A stretch of 64,000 nt of DNA, from contig JBBDMM010000002.1 in assembly GCA_040878325.1 (NCBI GenBank), positions 62,001 to 126,000 on the forward strand. Reading direction: 5' to 3'. Below are positions 1 through 8,276 of the stretch, piece by piece; within the stretch, counting starts at the first letter, position 1; every line of letters begins with the position of its first letter. Origin of the DNA: Acidimicrobiia bacterium (GTDB lineage Bacteria; Actinomycetota; Acidimicrobiia; Spongiisociales; UBA11373). Made by a program: the position numbers and the translations under genes. A model generated the notes under the pieces. The model was given only the letters and a program-made list of their open reading frames with translations. It searched no databases and was not told the DNA's origin.

Positions 1-134
1 TTGACCGCCTAGCGGCGTGGTCGGGGTCCGGAACGTGGTTCGGCGATTTTCGGAACGCTCAGCACGAGCGCCAGGGCACAGCCAGCCCCTCAGCTCACAT
101 GTGGGAAGGTCGACAGACAAGGCCTCGGACATGG

Positions 135-166
135 CATGCACGGCACTCCTGAGACTGCCGTGCATG
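135..166. terminator. Perfect 11-bp hairpin downstream of the AAA ATPase gene (possible terminator)
   Basis: CATGCACGGCA (135-145) pairs with TGCCGTGCATG (156-166) around a 10-nt loop, 22 nt past the minus-strand stop; no clear U-tract. Confidence 0.45.
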
Positions 167-187
167 TGGATCTCCGCCCACGAACGG

Positions 188-1354
188 TTACGGGCCGGGG
201 ATTGCTCGCTTGAGAAACTGATCGAATAGAGGCACAGTGAATGCGGTGTCACCGTGAGCAGGGCTGTAGATCATCCCCTTCTTGATCAACCCAGAGCGCC
301 GCGGGGCCACACTCTCAACCCGCACTCCCAAAGCCTGAGCGATGTCTCCGCTTCGTTGGGGGCCGGGGCCGAGTTCGGCCATTGCCCGAACGTACTCCCG
401 CTCTTTGGGCGTTAGCCGGTCGAGGCGTACCCGAAAGAAATTCGAGTCCAGCGCCGATTCCACCAGTCGCGTCGCAGCTTCAACATCCTCGAACTTGATC
501 CTCTCAACGGACGCCGAGTTCCAGGCGTGTTTGCCCCACTCCTGAAGAAAGTAGGGGTACCCCGCAGCCCGGCGAACCATGGCGGTCAAGGCATCTTCTT
601 CAATCACGACCCCTGCCGCTTCTGCCGGTACCGCAAGAGCTGCCCGCGCCTCGGCGTCCGGTAGGGCGCCGATGAGCGGAAACTCGAACAGCCTCTCCGA
701 GTAGGACTTTGCCTCACCCGCGAGTCCAGGCAGCTGTGGGAGTCCGGCTCCCACAAGTACTACTGGCAGGTTCAACTGGGTAGTCCGGTGGATACCCACG
801 ATCAGGGCAGCTAACTCCTCGGAGTCGAGATACTGCACTTCGTCCACCGCGATGAATACCCCGAGTCCGCGGTCAGCGCCAGCTTCCCCTGTCGCGACCA
901 GCAGCTCGGTCAGATCCTCCGAGAGGACCCCCGAGTCTCCCGTTCCCCGAATCGGGTCCACATCGATCCTTATTGAATGACCGTCGGGGAGTGTCAAGGT
1001 GAAGCTCCCAAGGACCCCGAGAGCCTTATTGACAGCCCGGGAGACCGGACCGGATGACAACGAAGCAAGGATCGCGCGCACCTTCACGGCCAGAAGCGTT
1101 GGGAAGCTGCCGGTTTCCGGAGCTTCGAGGAAGCCTGTCTTGTAGCCTTCGTCGCGGGCGATCTCCTCAAAGCGATTCAGGAGCACCGTCTTGCCCACTC
1201 CACGGAGGCCGGTTGGCATCAGGCTCTTGTCCGGAAGCCCGCGCAGCGCACGCCTAATGGTTATCCCGAAGCTGTTGATCAGTTCGTCTCGGCCAACCAG
1301 GGCGGGCGGACTGGTCCCGGCGCCTGGGCGGTAGGGGTTTTCAAGCGGGTCCAT
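188..1354 (-). CDS. AAA+ ATPase (AAA_16/ATPase_2-like) with probable C-terminal winged-helix domain
   Basis: N-terminal NPYRPGAG, Walker A GLRGVGKT, Walker B IAVDEVQ, GYPYFLQ motif, C-terminal RSGDIAQALG...RSGLIKKGMIY. Confidence 0.85.
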   Translation of the reverse strand: MDPLENPYRPGAGTSPPALVGRDELINSFGITIRRALRGLPDKSLMPTGLRGVGKTVLLNRFEEIARDEGYKTGFLEAPETGSFPTLLAVKVRAILASLSSGPVSRAVNKALGVLGSFTLTLPDGHSIRIDVDPIRGTGDSGVLSEDLTELLVATGEAGADRGLGVFIAVDEVQYLDSEELAALIVGIHRTTQLNLPVVLVGAGLPQLPGLAGEAKSYSERLFEFPLIGALPDAEARAALAVPAEAAGVVIEEDALTAMVRRAAGYPYFLQEWGKHAWNSASVERIKFEDVEAATRLVESALDSNFFRVRLDRLTPKEREYVRAMAELGPGPQRSGDIAQALGVRVESVAPRRSGLIKKGMIYSPAHGDTAFTVPLFDQFLKRAIPGP

Positions 1355-1360
1355 GGCCAA

Positions 1361-1394
1361 ACCTTATCAAGCTTATTCGGTGGACGGATAAGGT
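1361..1394. promoter_or_regulatory. Inverted repeat just upstream of the AAA ATPase start (candidate operator)
   Basis: ACCTTATC (1361-1368) ... GATAAGGT (1387-1394) with an inner CTTATTCGG; related ATAAG motifs near 1546-1554 and 1603-1608. Confidence 0.4.
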
Positions 1395-1710
1395 CTGTTG
1401 AGATGTCGAAGCCGACATGAGGGAAGACGAGTTCGGAGCCTCGACTCCGACGAGAACACCCTCGATCACTCCGTATGGCAGATCCCCGGGCCTCCGCCGC
1501 CCACGACCGACGACTCGCGCGCGAGAGCGCCGGTCCACCACTTGCCGAATAAGGCAGGCGCCACTCCTAAGGCCCGGAAACCAGAAAGAACTATCGGATT
1601 CAGATAAGTCCTTAGTAGAGCTCCCGCCACCCCGGAAGACCATCTCGGAGCCATTACCCTCCCCCAGCAGTGGCCTGGGCCCAGTTTCGCGCCACGAAAC
1701 GCGCCCACCC

Positions 1711-1783
1711 GCCCTCGTAGCTCAGTGGAGAAGAGCAACGGTTTCCTAAACCGTGTGCGAAGGTTCAATTCCTTCCGGGGGCA
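1711..1783 (+). tRNA. tRNA-Arg(CCT)
   Basis: Acceptor GCCCTCG/CGGGGGC-A, anticodon arm ACGGT-TTCCTAA-ACCGT, T arm GAAGG-TTCAATT-CCTTC; CCA not encoded. Confidence 0.93.
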
Positions 1784-1799
1784 CCCGCACGCCGTTTCT

Positions 1800-1821
1800 T
1801 GTCACACCCGAGTGGCACATT
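1800..1821 (+). promoter_or_regulatory. PafBC/RecA-NDp-like DNA-damage promoter for a leaderless HNH gene
   Basis: TGTCAC-N10-CACATT, then 7 nt to ATG 1829; same architecture at 39970-39991 and upstream of radA. Confidence 0.6.
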
Positions 1822-1828
1822 GCAAGCC

Positions 1829-2971
1829 ATGGAACGGCACTATCTCATCGAGGCGGTCGGGTTTGCCCGTAAGGCGAATCAGGCGTTGTCGCCTGGCCGC
1901 TGTTCGGAGGCTGAGGCTCGGGAGATGCTGGGGCGGTATGCCGAGTTGGAGAAGCTCGCCGCGTTCGGCAAGACGGCGTTGGCGGCCCGGCTCGGTGATC
2001 CTGGTCGGCTTGCCCGGGCGTCGGGAACGTCGATAGGCAAGGCCCGTGAGGCAATGAAGACGGCCCAGGCGGCGGAGGCGACGCCCGAGTTGGGGGCGGC
2101 GTTGCGTTCGGGGGCGGTATCGCTTGATCAAGCGACGGAGATCGCCCGGGCGGAGTCCGCCGCCCCGGGCTCGGCCGGACCGCTCCTGGACAAGGTGCGC
2201 GCCGGAGCCCCGTTCCATGTGCTCCGCGAAGACGCCCGACGGGTCTGCCTCGAGGCTCAGAGTTCCCAAGGCCTGGCACAGCGCCAGCACCAGGGCCGAT
2301 TCCTCCGACACGGGATCACCGAAGACGGATTGATTCGTTTCGAGGCCGAGCTGGAGCCGCATGTGGGGACACCGCTGGTGAGCCGTCTCCAGGCCGAAGC
2401 CAAGCGGCTATCCCGCCAGGAGAAGGCCTCCGAGCCGTTCGAGCGATATCTAGCCGATGCCCTTCCCGCGGTTGCCGCTGGTGGCCCGGGCCGGAGCCAC
2501 ACCGAGATGGTGGTCCTGGTCTCCCATGGCGTCGCCGAGCGGGGCTGGCAGGACGTCCGCGACGACGAGTTCTGCAAGATCCCCGGCGTCGGACCGATCG
2601 ATCCTGGCGTTGCCCGCACGATCGCCGGCGATGCTTTCCTCACCGGGCTCCTCTACGACGGCGAGGACCTCCGCCAGGTGCGTCGGTGGGGTCGGCACAT
2701 CCCGGTCGAGGTTCAGGTCGCTCTCGGCCTCGGCAACCCGCCGGAGTTCGACGGGGTGAAGTGCATCGACTGTGGCAACCGGTTCTTCATCGAACGCGAC
2801 CACATCGAACCCCGCGCCAGTGGAGGGGAAACCGCCCTCGACAATCTCACCGACCGGTGCGAACCGTGCCACCACCGGAAGACGGCACGCGATCGCGAAG
2901 CGGGAGTACTCGGGTCGCGGCCACCCCCGCGACGCAAACACTCGGGAGTCATGGCCAACGGCCCACCCTGA
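1829..2971 (+). CDS. DUF222/13E12-like protein with C-terminal HNH endonuclease domain
   Basis: CIDC...DHIEPRASGGETALDNLTDRCEPCHHRKT HNH/zinc motif; N-terminal helical region ALRSGAVSLDQATEIA; paralogue at 39998-41151. Confidence 0.85.
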   Translation: MERHYLIEAVGFARKANQALSPGRCSEAEAREMLGRYAELEKLAAFGKTALAARLGDPGRLARASGTSIGKAREAMKTAQAAEATPELGAALRSGAVSLDQATEIARAESAAPGSAGPLLDKVRAGAPFHVLREDARRVCLEAQSSQGLAQRQHQGRFLRHGITEDGLIRFEAELEPHVGTPLVSRLQAEAKRLSRQEKASEPFERYLADALPAVAAGGPGRSHTEMVVLVSHGVAERGWQDVRDDEFCKIPGVGPIDPGVARTIAGDAFLTGLLYDGEDLRQVRRWGRHIPVEVQVALGLGNPPEFDGVKCIDCGNRFFIERDHIEPRASGGETALDNLTDRCEPCHHRKTARDREAGVLGSRPPPRRKHSGVMANGPP

Positions 2972-3040
2972 ACCGGAAGTCTGGCCGGGACGAGAACGCT
3001 CGATCGAGCCGACACACATCCCCCCAGCCCCGATCAGCGG

Positions 3041-4222
3041 CTACGAGTCCCGGATGGTGCCCATTGCAGCCAGCGCTGCCAGGAACGGCTCGACCATCGA
3101 CTCGTCGGTGTGGAGGTGGGCCGAGAGACGCACCTGCAACCGCTTGGAGGCGCGGACGGCCGAGACGCCGACCACCACGCCATGCTCGGAGAAGCTCGCG
3201 TGAAGCGCCCGTGCCGCCGCAAAGGGGTCTCTCACGGGCGGGCCGATCGTGAAAGCCGCCATCGACCCGACCATCGACTCGGGACCTGTCGGCACGAGAC
3301 CGCTCACCTCGTTCACCCGGGCGCGCATCGAGTGCATGACCGAGCGATTGCGGTCCATGACCTCGACCCATCCGCCCGGAAGCATCCCGGCAACCGCGCT
3401 GATGGAGAAGGGGACCGACAGGTAGGCCGTCGGGTCCGCCGTCCCGCTCCAGTCGAATCGGGCCCGGAACGATGTCTGGCCCTCCTTGGCGTGCCCGGCG
3501 CCGTGGCTGACCACCAGGGGCCGCGCCCGCTCCTGCCAGGCCTGGTTCATCCAGACGAACGCCGAGCCCTTGGGGGCGCACACCCATTTGTGCCAGTTCC
3601 CGGTGTAAGCCGCGCACCCGATCGCATCGATGTCGAGCGGGAGCATCCCCGGCGCATGGGCCCCGTCCACGATCGTCTCCACCCCGCGCTCCGCCAGGGC
3701 AGCCACGATCTCGGCCACCGGCAGGATCAGGGCGGTAGCACTGGTCACATGGTCGATCATCGCCAAACGGGTCGACGGCGTCACCGCCGCCAGGATCGAT
3801 TCCACGACCTCCCGGGAGCCTTCGACGGGGACCGGCAGGTGGGCGGTGCGAACGGTGACCCCGCGCTCGGCGGCGATCTCTTCGGCCGCGAGGGAGGCCG
3901 CCTCGTACCCGTGATCGGTCACCAGAATCTCGTCCCCCGGCTCGAACACGGCATTGCGGAGCAAGGTGTTGACCCCGTGGGTGGCGTTAGGAAGAAAGGC
4001 GTAACCGGCGGGGTCCGCGCCGACGAAGGCCGCCGACTCCTCGATCGCCCCCGCCAGCAACTCGTCGTACTCGCTCGTGACGAACCGCACGGGCTCGTGT
4101 TCCATTCGCCGCCGCAACTCGCTCTGGTGGTCCAGCACGGAACGAGGGCAGGCGCCGAAGGAGCCGTGGTTGAGAAATGTGACCGCCGGGTCGAGCGCCC
4201 ACAGGTCGCGAAGAGTCGTCAT
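3041..4222 (-). CDS. PLP-dependent aminotransferase class V (isopenicillin N epimerase/C-S lyase-like)
   Basis: FLNHGSFGACP, VDGAHAPG, GNWHKWVCAPKG (PLP lysine), WSGTADP. Confidence 0.9.
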   Translation of the reverse strand: MTTLRDLWALDPAVTFLNHGSFGACPRSVLDHQSELRRRMEHEPVRFVTSEYDELLAGAIEESAAFVGADPAGYAFLPNATHGVNTLLRNAVFEPGDEILVTDHGYEAASLAAEEIAAERGVTVRTAHLPVPVEGSREVVESILAAVTPSTRLAMIDHVTSATALILPVAEIVAALAERGVETIVDGAHAPGMLPLDIDAIGCAAYTGNWHKWVCAPKGSAFVWMNQAWQERARPLVVSHGAGHAKEGQTSFRARFDWSGTADPTAYLSVPFSISAVAGMLPGGWVEVMDRNRSVMHSMRARVNEVSGLVPTGPESMVGSMAAFTIGPPVRDPFAAARALHASFSEHGVVVGVSAVRASKRLQVRLSAHLHTDESMVEPFLAALAAMGTIRDS

Positions 4223-4245
4223 GGGGTGATGCTCGCGCGTCGCCG

Positions 4246-4340
4246 AAGAGAATCAAGAATCAAGTCACCAGTCTCCAGTCACCATCCCCATTCGCCGCCG
4301 TCTGACTGGGGACTGGGTACCGGGGACTGGCTCAAGAATC
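4246..4340. repeat. Intergenic heptamer repeats (TCAAGAA; CCAGTCT/ACTGGGG inverted arms)
   Basis: aagagaatcaagaatcaag, then ccagtctccagtca ... tgactggggactgggtaccggggactgg. Confidence 0.8.
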
Positions 4341-5594
4341 TCACTTCCGCCAAGGGGATTCGTTCCATTGGCGGGTCGCCGTCGTGGTCCCCATGGCCTG
4401 CACAAGCGCCACCACCACCAGCACTGCGGCGATGAGCAGCAACCAGGGGAGGGAATCGGATCCGCTGCCGGCGACGCCCTCAGGTGGAAGACAGGCGGCC
4501 TGACCGCTCGCCGGCTGGGTCCAGCCCGCGGGGCACGGGCTCTGACCGATGGCTCCGCTGCCCGGGACGAAATGTCCCGGGTCGGCCGGGACGCACGCCT
4601 GCTGGCCGGGCCGAGGTTGGTAGGTGCCGGGAGGGCACTCGGTCGCGCTGGTCGCCGCAGGGCCGGACACGAACGAACCGGGGACCGCCAGAAGGCACTC
4701 GACTCCTCCACGATCCGGCTGGAAGGTGCCCGGGGTGCACCCCGTCTGCGCTGCCTGGCCCGCCAGCGGAACGGCGTACCCGGGATCGGCCTCGATACAC
4801 GCCGACGCCCCGCTGGCTGGCTGGTACGAGCCGGGCGAGCAGGGCTGTTGGTTCACCGATCCGGTCCCTGATACGAAGTGGCCCGGTCCGGCGCTTACGC
4901 AGCTGTCGGAGAGTCGGTTCGGCTGGTAGGTGCCCGGAGGGCAAGGGATCTCTGCGGTAGCCCCCGACTCAGCGGCGAAATGGCCGGCCGAGGTCTCCAC
5001 ACACCGAATCGCCCCCGACTCGGACTGGAAGGTCGTCGGCTCACAAAGGATGAATTCGATCGCACCGGCCGTCGGCACGTGGCTGCCGGGCGGCGCCTCC
5101 TCGCAGTGGGATGCCCCCGCCTCGGGTTGGTAGGTCCCGGCGGCGCACAACCGTTGCGTGGCACCACCCGGCTCTGCCACGAACCGGCCGGGGTCCGCCA
5201 GCAAGCAGTAGGTCCCGCCGCCCGAGGGCTGGTAGGTGCCCGCCGGGCATGGCGCCTGGGTCACCGACCCTTCTGCCGCCACGAAGTGGCCCGGGTCCGC
5301 CGCATTGCAGCCGCTGGCACCCGTGGCCTGCTGATACAGCCCCGGCGGACAGGGGGCCTGCTGGATCGCCCCTTCGTCGGCGACGAAGTGGCCCGCCGCG
5401 GACGCGATGCATTCGGTCATCGCCGCGTCGGGCTGATAGGTGCCCGGAGGACAGGGAACGCAGTCGCTGCCATCGAACCGTTCCCCGGCGACGCAGTCGG
5501 CCTGCTCGGCGGCCGAGGCGGGCGGGGGGTCGACGGCAAGCCAAGCCGTCACCGCCAGGATGATGATCGAGGCCCCGGCGGTGGTCCTTCGCAT
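4341..5594 (-). CDS. Secreted, C-terminally membrane-anchored protein with ten 34-aa Cys-rich repeats (ephrin-receptor-like/GCC2-GCC3-like)
   Basis: Signal peptide MRRTTAGASIIILAV...ASA; ten units CPPGTYQP-x6-C-xxAxPGHFV; C-terminal TM LPWLLLIAAVLVVVALV. Confidence 0.8.
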   Translation of the reverse strand: MRRTTAGASIIILAVTAWLAVDPPPASAAEQADCVAGERFDGSDCVPCPPGTYQPDAAMTECIASAAGHFVADEGAIQQAPCPPGLYQQATGASGCNAADPGHFVAAEGSVTQAPCPAGTYQPSGGGTYCLLADPGRFVAEPGGATQRLCAAGTYQPEAGASHCEEAPPGSHVPTAGAIEFILCEPTTFQSESGAIRCVETSAGHFAAESGATAEIPCPPGTYQPNRLSDSCVSAGPGHFVSGTGSVNQQPCSPGSYQPASGASACIEADPGYAVPLAGQAAQTGCTPGTFQPDRGGVECLLAVPGSFVSGPAATSATECPPGTYQPRPGQQACVPADPGHFVPGSGAIGQSPCPAGWTQPASGQAACLPPEGVAGSGSDSLPWLLLIAAVLVVVALVQAMGTTTATRQWNESPWRK

Positions 5595-5601
5595 GCGATC
5601 C

Positions 5602-6690
5602 CTAATCGTGCTCGTCGTCGTCGGGGCGGGAGGCCAGATGGAGAAGCATGACCGCCGGCTTGGTGGTCACCTTCACCAGATCGATCAGGCCGCGTCCGAC
5701 CACTTTCGGGACCCGATGGAACTTGGGCCCACCCACGAATCCCCGGCGGGCGAAGTACAGCCATAGCCCCACCGCCACCACCACCATCGACCCCACCACG
5801 ATGAAGTAGCCGTACCTGGTCCTCAGCTCCGGCATGTTGTGGAAGTTCATGCCGTAGATGCCGGCCACGAGCGAGAGCGGCAGGATGATGGCCGAGAACA
5901 CGGTCAGGACCTTCATCACGTCGTTCGCCCGCTCGGCAACCGTGCTGCGATAGGTCTCCAAGACACTGCCGAGCAGCAGCCGGGACCCCTCGAGGACTTC
6001 GGCGAGCCGGTTGAAGTCGTCGAACACATGGCCGAGGCGGCGAGCCCCCCGGGGGGAGATCCCGGGAAGGTCGCCTCGGGCGATCACCCGGAAAGCCTCA
6101 CGCTGGGCGACGACTGCCGACCGCAGGGTCTGGACGTCGCGTCGAAGTGCGAGCACTTCCGCAGGGACAGACGCTTTCGCGGCAAGGGCATGATCCTCGA
6201 GTTCGTCGATCCGCTCTTCGAGGCCGTCGGCGATCGGTTGAAACCGGGAAGAACCGGCTTCGGCCACCCTTGCCCAGAAGAGATCTGGGGCGAACTCGGC
6301 CATCGCTCCGGTGGCGATGATGTGCTCTCGGCCCCAGATAAAGGCCGGCAGGTCCTCCTGATGGAAGGTCACCAGGTAGTCATCGGCGACGAAGATGTCG
6401 TACTCGGTGGTTCGCAGCCGATCGGACGCCTCCAGGGACAGCCCGTGCCCGACCACGAAGGTGTACCCCGAATGGTCTTCGACCTTGGGATGCTGGCTCC
6501 AACTCAGAACGTCTTCTACGGCGAGGGGGTCGAAACCAAAATCGCCCCCCACCTGGTGAACCTCTTCGGGGATGAACCCGGTGACATCGAGCCAGACCCA
6601 GCCACCAGCGGATCGGACCTCCGCGAGCCGGCCCGGATCCACCTCGACGGCCTCGGTCGCACCGGCAGCAACGTGGAACAGGTGGCGCAT
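5602..6690 (-). CDS. corA: CorA-family Mg2+/Co2+ transporter
   Basis: HPKVE, VMKVLTVFSAIILPLSLVAGIYGMNF (GMN signature), MPEL, two C-terminal TM helices. Confidence 0.92.
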   Translation of the reverse strand: MRHLFHVAAGATEAVEVDPGRLAEVRSAGGWVWLDVTGFIPEEVHQVGGDFGFDPLAVEDVLSWSQHPKVEDHSGYTFVVGHGLSLEASDRLRTTEYDIFVADDYLVTFHQEDLPAFIWGREHIIATGAMAEFAPDLFWARVAEAGSSRFQPIADGLEERIDELEDHALAAKASVPAEVLALRRDVQTLRSAVVAQREAFRVIARGDLPGISPRGARRLGHVFDDFNRLAEVLEGSRLLLGSVLETYRSTVAERANDVMKVLTVFSAIILPLSLVAGIYGMNFHNMPELRTRYGYFIVVGSMVVVAVGLWLYFARRGFVGGPKFHRVPKVVGRGLIDLVKVTTKPAVMLLHLASRPDDDEHD

Positions 6691-6782
6691 GGCTTCGATT
6701 ATCGGCCCAATGGCCCCGAGAAAGCGGTCTTTCCCCGGAGAGAGCCAGACGGCCGACCCACCCCATCTGGCATCATCAGCGC

Positions 6783-8165
6783 ATGACAGGCACTGATCCG
6801 TGGGCGGGTGCCGCCCAACCGCGCCCCGACGCCCCCACGAGCCCCCGCCGCAGCCTGGTTTCAGGCCCCAATCTGCCCTATTTGTTCGTGGTCATCATTG
6901 CCCTCTCGTCGCTCACGGGCTTCCTGATACTCCAGAATCCATTTGGAGGCGACACGACGGCTGCGGCGCCGACGACCTCGGTCGCGAGCGATGCGACGAC
7001 GACCACCGCCCTGGGGACGACCACAACCGGCGGCGACGGGGGCACCTCGACCACTGGCCCCCAGGAGCCCATCGGTGTCCTCGACCACATCGGCCTCGAG
7101 CTGCTGACCGACGGCCTGTCACAACCGGTGGGCGCGTGGTCCTTCCCGGGGGATGACCGGGTGTTCGTGATCGAACGCGGGGGACGGGTGAGGATCGTCG
7201 ACGAAACCGGGCTCCAGGGGACCCCGTTTCTCGACCTGACCGATCGAGTCAACTCGGGTGGCATCGAAAACGGCCTTCTGGGACTGGCCTTCCACCCCGA
7301 CTACCCGACCAATGGTCGCCTGTTCGTCTACTACACCTATACCGAGTCAGGGGACGATTCGCCCGACTCCCGCATCGCCGAGTTCCGCGCCGCCAACGGG
7401 AACGCCTCTACGGCCGACCGCTCCACCGAGAGAGTGATCCTCGAGGTCGAACAGCGGGGGATCCGCCACCGCGCCGGCATGCTCCAATTTGGCCCGGACG
7501 GGAACCTCTGGATCGCGTTCGGCGATGGCGGCCTCGGTGACTACAGCGCCCAGGACCTCGAGAGCCACCAGGGAAGCATCCTGCGGATCGATGTCGACAC
7601 AAACGACCCTTACGCCATCCCGGATGACAACCCGTACGCCGCCGGAGGCGGACTTCCGGAGATCTGGACCTACGGCCTCCGCAACCCGTGGCGCTTCTAC
7701 ATCGACTCCGTCGACAACCTCATCTACATCGGCGACGTCGGCCAGGCGGGAGTCGAAGAGGTCAACGTTGCGTCGCTGTCCGACGCCGGGTTGAACTGGG
7801 GATGGCCCAACTTCGAGGGTGACAACTGCTACCTGCCCACCGACGGCTGCGACATGGGGGGCTGGGTCGGCCCTACTGCCTCCTTCGGGCACGAGGACGG
7901 GGCATGCTCAGTCACCGGCGGGATCGTCTACCGGGGTGCCGCGATGCCCGAGTTGGTGGGCCACTACTTCTACGCCGACTGGTGCATCGGCTTCATCAGG
8001 TCGTTCCGCTACGTCGACGGCGAGGCTACCCAGGAGAAGGACTGGACCGCCGACATTGCCGGTCTCGGCACCCTCCAGATCTCATCATTCGGCTGGGACG
8101 GCGACAACGAGCTGCTGGTGGTGGACTCGAACGGCGGGTTGTATCGGGTCGTACCGGTGAGGTAG
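6783..8165 (+). CDS. Membrane-anchored PQQ-dependent sugar dehydrogenase (GSDH beta-propeller)
   Basis: N-terminal TM plus Thr-rich linker; GLLGLAFHPDY, FGPDGNLWIAFGDGG, YGLRNPWR, DVGQ, SVTGGIVYRG. Confidence 0.88.
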   Translation: MTGTDPWAGAAQPRPDAPTSPRRSLVSGPNLPYLFVVIIALSSLTGFLILQNPFGGDTTAAAPTTSVASDATTTTALGTTTTGGDGGTSTTGPQEPIGVLDHIGLELLTDGLSQPVGAWSFPGDDRVFVIERGGRVRIVDETGLQGTPFLDLTDRVNSGGIENGLLGLAFHPDYPTNGRLFVYYTYTESGDDSPDSRIAEFRAANGNASTADRSTERVILEVEQRGIRHRAGMLQFGPDGNLWIAFGDGGLGDYSAQDLESHQGSILRIDVDTNDPYAIPDDNPYAAGGGLPEIWTYGLRNPWRFYIDSVDNLIYIGDVGQAGVEEVNVASLSDAGLNWGWPNFEGDNCYLPTDGCDMGGWVGPTASFGHEDGACSVTGGIVYRGAAMPELVGHYFYADWCIGFIRSFRYVDGEATQEKDWTADIAGLGTLQISSFGWDGDNELLVVDSNGGLYRVVPVR

Positions 8166-8188
8166 CCGCCCATGTCATCGCGGCGTAC

Positions 8189-8260
8189 CGCAATGCGCGA
8201 TGCGCAATGAGCAACGCGGGTCGGCCGCGACGCGCCGCGCATCGCGCATCGCGCATCGCG
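8189..8260. repeat. GCGATGC/GCATCGC heptamer inverted repeat between convergent genes
   Basis: cgcaatgcgcgatgcgcaatgagcaacgcg ... cgcgcatcgcgcatcgcgcatcgcg. Confidence 0.8.
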
Positions 8261-8276
8261 GGCCGCGGAGCGAGCT

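Noticed and set aside
1398..1700. Short ORFs between the AAA ATPase and tRNA-Arg as an integrase remnant
   Set aside because: No recognisable recombinase motifs and no duplicated tRNA 3' end (att) found in the window.
2972..3040. Guide-RNA or array downstream of the HNH gene (OMEGA/TIGR-like)
   Set aside because: The 69-bp gap has no repeats, and the second paralogue has only 6 bp downstream, so no shared ncRNA is possible there.
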